NCBI GenBank assembly: GCA_023954715.1
Contig: JAGSHD010000009.1
Coordinates: 56,272-120,271 of the forward strand
DNA from: Candidatus Cloacimonadota bacterium
GTDB taxonomy: Bacteria; Muiribacteriota; UBA6191
Reading direction: 5' to 3'
DNA: 64,000 bases
Position 1 is the stretch's first letter. Each line of letters starts with the position of its first letter. Both the position numbers and the translations under genes were made by a program. Below are positions 20,968 to 30,564 of the stretch, piece by piece. The notes beneath the pieces are model-generated. The model made no database searches, was not told the origin of the DNA, and saw nothing but the letters and a program-made list of their open reading frames with translations.

Positions 20968-21878
20968 GCATTCAGCAAATGAAATTAAATCAAAAAGGAA
21001 TCAGTGTCTTATTGGTGATCTGTATTGGTATGACATTGATGGCTTTAGCAGTTATTTTAATGACAAGTAATACTTCTAATACTGGTAATATGCAAGAGGC
21101 CAAAGAGAGAACTCAATCTCTCTTTATTGCTAAAGGTGCTCAGCAACATGCTCTTTTAAAATTTAGATTATTGCCAACAGAGTTTTATGACGCCGCTGCT
21201 TTAGCTATAGGTAAAAATCCGATATATAATTTTTCTAAAGTTAAATCCAGATATGAAAACCCAGGCCCAGCTTTTTTTACAGGCGAGGCGATTGTTACCA
21301 ATGAGGCTAATGCCCAAGGAAACGGCGGAAATGAAATTCCTATTTTTCAGCGATCGGGTCAATGGTGGTTAAGTGATGATGATAAAAAATTCAATGGAGT
21401 TATGGGTGAGTATCTAAATAAGTTTTTAGAAGATATTGCAACAGATCAAGATGATGAAGTGGTGATTGACTCAGCACCCCATGATGATTTAGCCATGGGT
21501 AATAATTGGTTTGATCCTTTTGCAGGTAGTTATCGAGTGGATAAAGTATTGATTTTTGGTAAAGCTAAAGGGGTTAATTACGGTGTGGATTCTGTTTTAG
21601 TTTCTTGCCGTGGAACAGCAAAAAGGGCTTTTCAATCTTCACTTACTTTGTCGGGTGCGGGTAATTGTCCAACAAATAACCCTCAATGCCCACGAAACCT
21701 AACTCGTGTTTATTTAAAATATGGTGTGACCCAAGCGGGATCAGGTTTCGCAGATCAGACCAATGAAGATTTTTCAAATTCATCAAAATTTGAAATGGGT
21801 CAGACTTTTGAGTCTGAGTTAGCTAGTGCTGAAAGAGTAGAATACGTTACTGGAGTTTACGAGGTTAGTAGAGAATGA
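20964..21878 (+). CDS. PilX/GspK-like pilus-associated protein
   Basis: N-terminus QKGISVLLVICIGMTLMALAVILM resembles PilX_N-type hydrophobic helices without the G-F-T-L-I-E motif. Translationally coupled on both sides. Confidence 0.5.
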   Translation: MSIQQMKLNQKGISVLLVICIGMTLMALAVILMTSNTSNTGNMQEAKERTQSLFIAKGAQQHALLKFRLLPTEFYDAAALAIGKNPIYNFSKVKSRYENPGPAFFTGEAIVTNEANAQGNGGNEIPIFQRSGQWWLSDDDKKFNGVMGEYLNKFLEDIATDQDDEVVIDSAPHDDLAMGNNWFDPFAGSYRVDKVLIFGKAKGVNYGVDSVLVSCRGTAKRAFQSSLTLSGAGNCPTNNPQCPRNLTRVYLKYGVTQAGSGFADQTNEDFSNSSKFEMGQTFESELASAERVEYVTGVYEVSRE

Positions 21879-22855
21879 GAAAAAATAAAAATCGTGGTTT
21901 TACTCTGATAGAAATCTTAATTGTAGCAGCCATCATGAGTGTGCTTGGATTGTATCTTTCAGATATGTATTTACATGGAGTACGAACATTTAACAAAGAA
22001 CTCTGGAAATCAAACTCAGTAAAAGAGATGGACAGGACCTTTCTACGAATAGAAAAGATGTTTAATAAAGCATCCTATCCGACCTATAACAAGTTTCAGG
22101 GTGTTTTAAAAGATAAAGATGATCAATGGGCGTTTACAATTAAAGGTACCTCACTATCTGAGTCCGAGGCTTACAGCAATCAGACAAGACGTTTACAAAC
22201 AGAAAATGTAGACGATAATGACACAGCAAGTGATGCCGCTGCTGCTGAATATTACTACTTTGGCACAGGTACTAAGAGTGGATTAACCAATGATACAATC
22301 CCAGATAATCGTCTGAGTAGCGATGCCAATGAAGAAATTTTAGAGTTTACGTCTTGTGTTGCAGGATTTAAAGATATGCCTGGTTTAGATGACGCTATGC
22401 CAAGGTGTGCTAAACATTTACTTTATCTAGCCAATCGAAAAAATGTATTAGGACCAAATTCAGAGACCTACTTATCTTATCAGGATTTGATACTCGAAAC
22501 TAGATATTGTTTAGTAGGAGAGGTTGCACCAGCGGCAGGCAATATAAGTTATGGAACGGGAGAAGGAGCATATACTTGCTCTGATGGGTCTTTTACAGAC
22601 TCACTATCTGGCTTAACTCCGGAAGAAAGCAATAATGTGGGCAAAAAACTATTGGCGTCAAACGTTGCTACAGTTACTGTTAAAAAGTTTCTAAAAAGTG
22701 ATAGTGATCGATCTAGTAGTATGGAGTTAGATATTATTGCAGTTGCTCCCAATGTAGGAAATGCTATTGTTAAAAAGTCCATACAGTTTAATGTGTCGAC
22801 TAAAATTATTGCCGAAGGTTCTGCGGGAGCTCCTCCAAATTGGGTGAATAATTAA
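21875..22855 (+). CDS. Prepilin-type N-terminal cleavage/methylation domain protein (large minor-pilin/pseudopilin-like)
   Basis: NRGFTLIEILIVAAIMSVLG motif. 4-nt overlap with the upstream gene. Confidence 0.8.
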   Translation: MRKNKNRGFTLIEILIVAAIMSVLGLYLSDMYLHGVRTFNKELWKSNSVKEMDRTFLRIEKMFNKASYPTYNKFQGVLKDKDDQWAFTIKGTSLSESEAYSNQTRRLQTENVDDNDTASDAAAAEYYYFGTGTKSGLTNDTIPDNRLSSDANEEILEFTSCVAGFKDMPGLDDAMPRCAKHLLYLANRKNVLGPNSETYLSYQDLILETRYCLVGEVAPAAGNISYGTGEGAYTCSDGSFTDSLSGLTPEESNNVGKKLLASNVATVTVKKFLKSDSDRSSSMELDIIAVAPNVGNAIVKKSIQFNVSTKIIAEGSAGAPPNWVNN

Positions 22856-23070
22856 CTAAGGTGAGTTTACATTTAAAACCTTCAAAAGTTGATAAATAGA
22901 TTTGAAAAATGCAAATATCTCATAAAACTTATGTAATTCGTATGTCGAAGGTTATTTAGGTACAATAATTACTAGCTTAGTATCCTAGTTTTTGGTATAC
23001 CTTTAGTGTAAAGAAAGTATATAGACAAAAGCAATAGAGCCTTTAACTCCATTGTTTTGACTCAAGGAGA

Positions 23071-23817
23071 TTGATCTTGGCTAAAAAGTGGCAAGATGTC
23101 GAATTTGTAGATTATAAAGAACGCCAACGCCGAAAACGCATGCGAAAGCGCCAGAATGTCCAAAAGGACATAGTAGAAGAAGTTGAAAAAAAATGGAACT
23201 TCATGATTATTGGTGCACTAGGGTCAGCGTTTCTTATCATCTTGTTGATTGGTTTAAATTCATTCTTTGCTGAACAAAGTGTTTCTCAAGATGCAAAAGT
23301 GAAAAGCTATCTAGAGTCAGTTCAATTCACTGGTGATACTTTTTATCGTAAGTTAGCCGGAGATGATTGGGTTCACTTTGTTGATCCAAAAAAATTCTAT
23401 GACTCATGGCAGTTTAAGACGGGAGTTGACTCTAGTTTACAATTACAAACATTTGATGATGTATTGTTAAAACTTCGAAGCGACTCAGAGCTTGAGTTAT
23501 CGAGCATCGAAATATTTAATGACAATAAAGGCTCTAAAACAAACATTGAAACTGAATTAGGTTTATTTGTTTTTGATTCATCTAGATCAAAAGGTCTTTT
23601 GGAGATAAAAGTTGGTTCAGCAGTTATCTATGCTCGGCCAAGTAAAATGATTGTTGATTACCAAGCGACTAAAACTGTTATCAAATTAGGCAGCGGAATC
23701 AGTAAACTTAGTTATCAAGACTCTGAAATTGTTTTAAATGATGGAGAGATGATAGAAATTTCAAACAATGTCTTAGGTGAAAAATCTAAGTTTAACCCCT
23801 TATCCGAGAAGTGGTAA
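23071..23817 (+). CDS. Membrane-anchored FecR-like protein
   Basis: Basic N-terminus, one TM segment (FMIIGALGSAFLIILLIGL), then a beta-rich domain with a FecR-like pattern. TTG 23077 is the better-spaced start after AAGGAG. Confidence 0.5.
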   Translation: MILAKKWQDVEFVDYKERQRRKRMRKRQNVQKDIVEEVEKKWNFMIIGALGSAFLIILLIGLNSFFAEQSVSQDAKVKSYLESVQFTGDTFYRKLAGDDWVHFVDPKKFYDSWQFKTGVDSSLQLQTFDDVLLKLRSDSELELSSIEIFNDNKGSKTNIETELGLFVFDSSRSKGLLEIKVGSAVIYARPSKMIVDYQATKTVIKLGSGISKLSYQDSEIVLNDGEMIEISNNVLGEKSKFNPLSEKW

Positions 23818-24291
23818 ATGTTACTTGATGATATAAAATCCTTTGATATTTTTGCTGATCTTGAGGATATTGAGATTAAAAAACTTCTACAGTTTGCTCA
23901 AGTTAAGCAATACGGTGACAAAGAAGTAATTTTTGAGCAAGGGGACCCTGGCTCTGGGCTATTTTTAATTTTAAAGGGTAAGGTTGAAATCTACATCGAA
24001 CCTGGTGGAAATAAAATTACATTTGCTATTTTAAAAGCAGGGGAGTTCATGGGAGAGATGTCACTTTTTGGTGATGGTAACCAAACCAGAACCGCCTCGG
24101 CTTTAGCCTATGAGCCCCTCACAGCCGTAATGATTTCAACTCTGGATTTTCGTAGACTACAAACTTCAGGCCCTAAAATTTTATCAAAACTTTTGTTAAG
24201 ATTGGTAATTGGTCTGGGTGTTAGATATGATAACTTAAAATCAGAGCAAGCAAAGGCTAGTAAACGTATTGAAGAGTTAAAGGCAAGTTAA
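23818..24291 (+). CDS. Stand-alone cyclic-nucleotide-binding domain protein
   Basis: cNMP-binding signatures GDPGSGLFLILKGKVE, GEFMGEMSLF and RTASALA. C-terminal coiled-coil tail and no output domain. Confidence 0.85.
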   Translation: MLLDDIKSFDIFADLEDIEIKKLLQFAQVKQYGDKEVIFEQGDPGSGLFLILKGKVEIYIEPGGNKITFAILKAGEFMGEMSLFGDGNQTRTASALAYEPLTAVMISTLDFRRLQTSGPKILSKLLLRLVIGLGVRYDNLKSEQAKASKRIEELKAS

Positions 24292-24293
24292 TC

Positions 24294-24806
24294 ATGTTAT
24301 TGGATGATTTAAAACAATACGAAATTTTTACTGACTTAGATGATTTAGAGATGAAAAAACTGTTTCAATTCTCTAGGTTTAAGTACTTTGATTCAGGAGA
24401 AGTAGTCTTTACAGCTGGTGATCCTGGAGCTGGTTTCCTACTCATTTTACAAGGTGAACTAGACTACTATACAGTAGATGCTAATGGTAACGAGCTAAAA
24501 GGGGAGCATTTTAATGCGGGTGAATTTATAGAGGTTATGAGCTTGTTTGGAGATGTTCAAAATCGACCATATACAGCAAAAGCAGCTAGTGATTTGAGTC
24601 TTTTATGGGTTAATACTCTAGAGTATCGAAGATTACAAAATTCAGGTCCGGATACTTTAACTAAGTTATTGTTACGTTTGATTATTCAAACAGCAAATAC
24701 TTTTCGTGCAAAAAATGGTGAATTTGCAGCAACAAAAAAAGAACTAGAAGAACTTGAGAAGTCATTAGCTCCTCAAGAAGCTGCACCAACAGAACCAGCC
24801 TCCTAG
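24294..24806 (+). CDS. Stand-alone cyclic-nucleotide-binding domain protein (tandem paralog)
   Basis: The N-terminus MLLDDLKQYEIFTDLDDLEMKKLFQF parallels that of the preceding gene. Also has GDPGAGFLLILQGELD and a PE-rich tail. Confidence 0.85.
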   Translation: MLLDDLKQYEIFTDLDDLEMKKLFQFSRFKYFDSGEVVFTAGDPGAGFLLILQGELDYYTVDANGNELKGEHFNAGEFIEVMSLFGDVQNRPYTAKAASDLSLLWVNTLEYRRLQNSGPDTLTKLLLRLIIQTANTFRAKNGEFAATKKELEELEKSLAPQEAAPTEPAS

Positions 24807-24822
24807 TGATTTAGGAGTATTC

Positions 24823-26181
24823 ATGTCTCAAATTATAAAACGTAGTATTTTTGATTTACTCAAAGTAGGCATAGGTCCAAGCTCTTCACATACTTTGGCT
24901 CCCATGAAAATGGGACAAACTTTTAGAGAATCCCTTTTAAAGCAGTCGATTGTGTGTGATCAAATCAAGCTGGTCTTGAAGGGTAGTTTTGGGTTTACAG
25001 GTGAGTCTCATATGACTCCAAATGCATTAATTGCAGGTCTTGTGGGATTAGATCCCGTATCTTCTCCAATTCTAGATATTAAAAATGCTACCCAAGATTT
25101 GCTAACTTGCAAAACGATTGAGATAGGTTCCAATAAGATAGAAGTCAATGGCTTAGACTTTATCACTTATCAGAGAAATTTCAAAAACTTAAAGCATCCA
25201 AATACATGTCAGTTGATAGCCTATAATCAAGGACAAATAGTTTTAGACTCATCTTATGTATCTCCAGGTGGTGGAGTAGTTTGTCTAGAGAGCGATTATG
25301 AAGGTGGTCGTAACACAATCAGTGGTGATAAAGCGTCTATGACGAAGATTTTGCAAACCTGTAAAGATAGTGATACAAGTCTATTAGAGTTTATTTATTC
25401 TCAAGAAATGGCACTAACTGGAAAAACAAGAGTTGAGATCATTCGCTCTTTAGAAAAGATATGGAAAGTCATGGAAGCAGCTATACATGCTGGATTAAAA
25501 GTTCAAGGTGTTTTAGCTGGTGGGTTAAACTTAGAAAGACGAGCTAAAAAATCATTAAAACGACTAGAATCGAATACTGACAAATGGAGAAAATTAGCTC
25601 CAGGTATGGGATTAGCTGGTATTTATGCATTAGCAGTAAGTGAAGAGAATGCAAGTGGAGGTAGAATTATTACAGCTCCAACTTGTGGTGCAAGTGGCTT
25701 AGTCCCCGGTGTATTATATATGCTTAAAGAGTCGTTTAATTTAACCAATAGAGATATGTGTGATGCTTTGGCAATTTCATCACTTATAGGTAATATTGTA
25801 GTTGATCGTGCATCGATTAGTGGAGCAGAAGTTGGTTGTCAAGGTGAAGTGGGCGTAGCTTGTTCAATGGGAGCTGCAGCTTGTACATTTTTATCTGGTG
25901 GAAGTGATCGTCAAGTAGAGATGGCAGCAGAATCGGCTTTAGAGCATTATTTAGGTCTTACTTGTGATCCTATTAAGGGATTAGTACAGGTTCCTTGCAT
26001 TGAAAGAAACGCTGTCGGTTCAGGCACCGCGATTAATACTTCTTATTTGATTATGAGTTCTAACGAAGAGCATTTAATTAGCTTTGACTCATGTGTAGAT
26101 ACTATGATGCGTACTGGACAAGATATGTCCTATAAGTACAAAGAAACTTCCGAGGGTGGGTTAGCTGAAACCTATTGCTAA
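24823..26181 (+). CDS. sdaA: L-serine dehydratase, single-chain iron-sulfur type
   Basis: GIGPSSSHTLAPM, APTCGASG and CQGEVGVACSMGAA motifs. Confidence 0.92.
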   Translation: MSQIIKRSIFDLLKVGIGPSSSHTLAPMKMGQTFRESLLKQSIVCDQIKLVLKGSFGFTGESHMTPNALIAGLVGLDPVSSPILDIKNATQDLLTCKTIEIGSNKIEVNGLDFITYQRNFKNLKHPNTCQLIAYNQGQIVLDSSYVSPGGGVVCLESDYEGGRNTISGDKASMTKILQTCKDSDTSLLEFIYSQEMALTGKTRVEIIRSLEKIWKVMEAAIHAGLKVQGVLAGGLNLERRAKKSLKRLESNTDKWRKLAPGMGLAGIYALAVSEENASGGRIITAPTCGASGLVPGVLYMLKESFNLTNRDMCDALAISSLIGNIVVDRASISGAEVGCQGEVGVACSMGAAACTFLSGGSDRQVEMAAESALEHYLGLTCDPIKGLVQVPCIERNAVGSGTAINTSYLIMSSNEEHLISFDSCVDTMMRTGQDMSYKYKETSEGGLAETYC

Positions 26182-26741
26182 ACTTGATAAAATCAATTAT
26201 TTTCACCATAATATTCTCTACTTTTACAGAAATCAGTAGTGCCCAAACAGCTAAAGAAGCTCTCTTTAAATTTTGCAGTGAAATTGAAAGTTTAGATACA
26301 TATCAAAGGATTGTAAACTTTACAGAATTATCCATGGATAAAACCTTGATAAAAGATTTACTCTTTTTAAAAAATCCACGTGATAGTTATTCTTATGAGA
26401 AAAACAAAGTTGGTCTGGCGCGTATTCCTACCATCATAGATATAGATGGAAATAGTCGTTTTACTGCTTACTTAAAAAGTGGAAAAGTCTATAAATATGA
26501 AAGTGACTTTGTATTTAAAAGTAAGCGACTATATTTAGATATCAAAAAGAAGCAAAGATTATGGAGTCAGTTATTAAATGCTCTACCAGAATCTAAGACT
26601 ATTGTAAAAACGATTGATAAAAACGGTAAGCTTGAGATCATTCATTTGAGTATGTATGAGGAATACCCACTAAAGATACAAATTTCTATTAAGTCTCATA
26701 ACTCTAAAGTAGCACGTTTTAAGGTATTATTTGGTAGTTAA
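26175..26741 (+). CDS. Secreted hypothetical protein
   Basis: Signal-like N-terminus (IIFTIIFSTFTEISSA). No family recognised. Confidence 0.45.
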   Translation: MLNLIKSIIFTIIFSTFTEISSAQTAKEALFKFCSEIESLDTYQRIVNFTELSMDKTLIKDLLFLKNPRDSYSYEKNKVGLARIPTIIDIDGNSRFTAYLKSGKVYKYESDFVFKSKRLYLDIKKKQRLWSQLLNALPESKTIVKTIDKNGKLEIIHLSMYEEYPLKIQISIKSHNSKVARFKVLFGS

Positions 26742-27374
26742 GCTAAGTGGAGTTGTGGTTTGCATAGGAAGAGTGCTTTTTAAATCTTTAAACAAATTTA
26801 ATACGTCTTCCATTGTATTTAGATTAGAGTGTACTTCATTAGATTGATTTTTGTTCAAGATAACAGCACAAGGAAACTCAGCCTTCATTACTTGCTTAAT
26901 TAGCTTGAACTCTTCAGTGTTAGTAGGGTTAAACACATATTTTTCAAAATAAGAAGCAGCAGAAGAGAATCCTCGATTAGTATTGACAAAATGAACGACT
27001 TTTTTCGTGGCTGCAAAATCTGGATTGATATAAACAAATATTGAACTAATTGCTTTCGATTTTACCTGGTTCAAAGCAAAAAAACTGTCCAAGGGCTTAA
27101 AATCAAAACCAAATTGACCAGTGGTTTTTGTTATTACGAAGTCTTTATTTTTAATAGACAAATACTCAAAGTGTTTTAATCCATTTTTTGTAAATAGTCG
27201 TGAGGGTATTCTTTGGATTCCGTCTTGTAATAATATAGTGCCCACGTTATTCGAATTGATTCCTAGTGGGCCGCCTTTCAAATAGTGTCCACTTTTAAGT
27301 ATAAACTCTCCAGTAGCAATACAAAAATAGTTAACAGAGCTAAGTAGAAATAATGTAATGTAGAATGTTTTCAT
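26727..27374 (-). CDS. Secreted hypothetical protein
   Basis: Signal peptide MKTFYITLFLLSSVNYFCIA. No family recognised. Confidence 0.55.
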   Translation of the reverse strand: MKTFYITLFLLSSVNYFCIATGEFILKSGHYLKGGPLGINSNNVGTILLQDGIQRIPSRLFTKNGLKHFEYLSIKNKDFVITKTTGQFGFDFKPLDSFFALNQVKSKAISSIFVYINPDFAATKKVVHFVNTNRGFSSAASYFEKYVFNPTNTEEFKLIKQVMKAEFPCAVILNKNQSNEVHSNLNTMEDVLNLFKDLKSTLPMQTTTPLSLTTK

Positions 27375-27382
27375 GATAAACC

Positions 27383-28549
27383 TTATGGGTTTGGTGTAGG
27401 ATAAATTAGAGCAGTGACGTTTGGTATTTTATATAGTTTTCTATAGAGACGCCAAGTATTATCATCCCAGTCACCATCAGGATAACAATAACCCTCTGAA
27501 CTGATTGTACCAGGACAATTTTTCGCGATTGGTTCTGCTTCAAATATTTTTTCAATTATATCTGCTTGAACGATTAGTGTAATATCTCTTTGGGTTTTAA
27601 CTTTTGATAGATCTAAATAGTTGAGACGCATTTTCACTAAGTCGATCTTTTTGGATAGCTCTTCATTTTGATACAATCTTAAACGATGAAGTTCACGTTT
27701 TAACTGCTGAATCCTGTGATCGGCCCTCTTACTTTGATTTAACTTGTGCAATAAAACTTCTCGCCGCTTTTTTTCGGCTAATAGCTCAGCATCTTCTGCT
27801 TGCTTTTTGAGAGCTAAGAGGTGAATCATACTTAATGGCGGGATGGGGATTTCAAGATTCGTTCTCTGTGGAAGTTCAAAGGATCCGTCTTTATATAACG
27901 ATAGTCTGATAATGTTATTATGGGTTACACGTGCCAGTTCAATAAAATCAAATATATTATAATTCTCGATCTTTTTACCTGAATATTGTTCATGGCGGTC
28001 TGTGTGTTCTAAGAGTATTAAATCAAATATGGTGTCACTGATTCGTTGTAACAAATATTGATTTTTTTGTCCGTCTTCTAATTGTAAAATAGGAACCAAT
28101 TTATGACTGTTATGTAAAGTTGGATACTTATTTGGTGGTGTCACGATGTATTGCTTAGAATGAAAAAATCTTAGATAAGATTTCATTAAATTTTTTACAT
28201 TTTGTTTTTGAAACTCTGTTTCTGTTTGAAAGAATTCTAAAGGATCCAATCGAGACTTTCCATAAGTATTTCTAAGTATTTCTGTTTTAGAGGTAGCTTG
28301 ATCAATGATTCTACGATTATTTCCTCGAATAAAATTTAAAAAAACTGGATGAGTAATAATGTTAGAAATTTGAGGGTCTTTTGATGACAGTGAAAACCCT
28401 TGTGATGTAATCAATAAGAAAACACAGAGGATAGAAAGATTAGACCTCAATAGGCAAAAAGAATAGGTAATATTAAGTACTGGTTTATAAGATTGATGAG
28501 TTATCATAGACTTCATACTTATTTTTCGGAATATATGGAACGGAAACAA
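27383..28549 (-). CDS. Hypothetical protein with signal anchor and central coiled coil
   Basis: Hydrophobic N-terminus and a K/E/R-rich coiled-coil stretch (AEDAELLAEKKRREVLLHKLNQSKRADHRIQQLKRELHRL). The start is probably internal, at MKSMITH. Confidence 0.55.
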   Translation of the reverse strand: MFPFHIFRKISMKSMITHQSYKPVLNITYSFCLLRSNLSILCVFLLITSQGFSLSSKDPQISNIITHPVFLNFIRGNNRRIIDQATSKTEILRNTYGKSRLDPLEFFQTETEFQKQNVKNLMKSYLRFFHSKQYIVTPPNKYPTLHNSHKLVPILQLEDGQKNQYLLQRISDTIFDLILLEHTDRHEQYSGKKIENYNIFDFIELARVTHNNIIRLSLYKDGSFELPQRTNLEIPIPPLSMIHLLALKKQAEDAELLAEKKRREVLLHKLNQSKRADHRIQQLKRELHRLRLYQNEELSKKIDLVKMRLNYLDLSKVKTQRDITLIVQADIIEKIFEAEPIAKNCPGTISSEGYCYPDGDWDDNTWRLYRKLYKIPNVTALIYPTPNP

Positions 28550-28880
28550 AGGAATTTTTAGGATTTAGCTGTAATACTGTAAATATGTTCATTTATCTTT
28601 TAGCAAAACCTAATATATGATACACTTTGTAACGTAACTAAACAGATTTTGCGTTTGATTGTTTCTAAGCTTGTAGAGCTCTTTTCATAGAGACCCTATT
28701 AATATATACCAATTACTACATATTTAGAATTAATAATCCAGCTATAGAAAAGGGTGAAAAGTCTATTTAGTGTTTAGCTACAAACAGTGGTTTGTTAAGC
28801 TTTTTAATGAAAATGAGCTTTACACAACTTTTGATAAAACATAATAAGTTAATCTATTTTTATAGAGTTTAAGAGATTAT

Positions 28881-29396
28881 ATGGCAACCATTTTAATTGT
28901 AGATGATGCAAAGTTTAATAGAACATTATTAAACCGTGGTTTAACTAAAGCTAAGCACAATGTGATTGAAGCTGAAAATGGCTTGCTCGCAGAGAAGATC
29001 CTGGATGTTCAGCATTCCTCTATTGACCTCGTTATATGCGATATCTCCATGCCTGTTCAAGATGGAATCACTACTCTAACAAATATCAGAAAAAAGTTTG
29101 GGGACCTTCCTGTAGTAATGTTGACAGCCTTTTCTGACAAAGAGAATGTATTAAAATGTGCAAAATTAGGGATCAGCGGATTCTTAGCGAAACCATTTGA
29201 TATAAAAAGAGTTCGTTCCAAAATCATGGAAATCCTAGGCAACGGTGCAGAGCCGATTGTTGACGAAGAGGAAGAAGAGAACGATGAAGCTAGTGAAGTA
29301 GCTGAAGCTAGTGAAGTAGCTGAAGTTAAAGAAGAAGAGCCAACAGAGGATGAGCCATCTGATTCGGAAGACACTGAAGTTAAATCTGACGATTAA
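28881..29396 (+). CDS. CheY-like single-domain response regulator with an acidic C-terminal tail
   Basis: ILIVDDA, the phospho-acceptor context LVICDISMPVQDG, MLTAF and AKPF. The roughly 50-aa tail is E/D-rich. Confidence 0.88.
   Translation: MATILIVDDAKFNRTLLNRGLTKAKHNVIEAENGLLAEKILDVQHSSIDLVICDISMPVQDGITTLTNIRKKFGDLPVVMLTAFSDKENVLKCAKLGISGFLAKPFDIKRVRSKIMEILGNGAEPIVDEEEEENDEASEVAEASEVAEVKEEEPTEDEPSDSEDTEVKSDD
29286..29326 (+). repeat. In-frame 18-bp tandem duplication inside the CheY tail
   Basis: GAAGCTAGTGAAGTAGCT occurs twice, followed by a partial third copy. It encodes EASEVA EASEVA E. Confidence 0.8.
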
Positions 29397-29622
29397 TTTT
29401 CGGTTTTATTTAAATTAAGTAAGTTCAAATATACTTATCCATATTTGATTTTTCTACTAAACAGAAAACGAAAAATTTTTATCAAAATTACATTTTGAAT
29501 TAGATGAGTATCATGAAAAATACAAAGCCCACTAACATGGTGTTTTATTGGTTCAATCAACAACAGTAAAAGCATTTGATTTTGGGTATAATCAATATTT
29601 TATAAGTTTCAAGAGGTAGATT

Positions 29623-30447
29623 GTGGACACTAAATTGATGCAATATGAATTTGTAGCTTTTGATACGGAGACAACAGGTTTTTATCCCGTACAAGACAAA
29701 ATCATTGAATTATCAGCAATCAAGTTTAAAATTGATGGAACGATACTTGGTAAATTTGATGAACTCATTGATCCTCAAATGGCTATTCCAGTAGCATCTT
29801 CTAAGGTTCATGGATTGTATGATGCCGATGTGCAAGGCAAGCCATTAGTTAAAGAGATTCTTGAGAAGTTTGTAGAGTTTATAGGAGATAAATCGGTCTT
29901 AGTGGCTCATAATGCCGACTTTGATTTAAAGTTTTTAGGTGCAGAAATGATTATCAATAAGATTCCACTTCCACCAGTGGATATTTGGGATACTTTGGGC
30001 CTATCAAGAGCGTTTATCAAAAACATTATGAACCATAAACTAGAAACTTTAGTAAATCATTATGACTTTAAGGCAGATGGTTTTCACCGAGCTTTAACAG
30101 ACTCTATGTATTTAGTACATCTTATGAATCGCTTTTATTTAGATGGTTATACGCTGCTACAAATGGAGCAGGTAGCAAAGATATCCCATTTTACTAAAGC
30201 TAAAGATATCTTAACAGTTCAGCTTCCATTATCCTTAATGTCTATAAAAAAAGCTCTGTCTAAAAACTTAGATCTGTTGATTGACTATGAAGAAAGAGCA
30301 GGAGAAGTCGTACAAAGCATCGTTGAGCCAAAACTCTTGTACAAAACAGAAAAACTTAGTTTTTTGTATGCTAATGAAAAAGAGCAAATTATAGCCAAAT
30401 CTTTTCAAATTGCTAAACTAAAGAAAGTAAAAGTGATTAAGAACTAG
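29623..30447 (+). CDS. DEDDh 3'-5' exonuclease (DnaQ/epsilon-like) with a C-terminal extension
   Basis: ExoI FVAFDTETTG, ExoII LVAHNADFDLKFL and ExoIII HRALTDSMYL. The start may be ATG 29638. Confidence 0.85.
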   Translation: MDTKLMQYEFVAFDTETTGFYPVQDKIIELSAIKFKIDGTILGKFDELIDPQMAIPVASSKVHGLYDADVQGKPLVKEILEKFVEFIGDKSVLVAHNADFDLKFLGAEMIINKIPLPPVDIWDTLGLSRAFIKNIMNHKLETLVNHYDFKADGFHRALTDSMYLVHLMNRFYLDGYTLLQMEQVAKISHFTKAKDILTVQLPLSLMSIKKALSKNLDLLIDYEERAGEVVQSIVEPKLLYKTEKLSFLYANEKEQIIAKSFQIAKLKKVKVIKN

Positions 30448-30564
30448 GAACATATTAAAATTTTACTACGATTCGGTCGATTTTCCTGTTATATTGCATT
30501 ACTAAATTATATTAGCTAACAGTGAAAGCAAATTTTCAAATAATACTCAAAAGAGGTTCATGAG

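Noticed and set aside
29286-29326. 18-bp tandem repeat considered as a regulatory or CRISPR-like repeat.
   Set aside because: There are only two full copies, directly abutting, in frame, and inside a coding acidic tail. It is a coding microduplication rather than an array.
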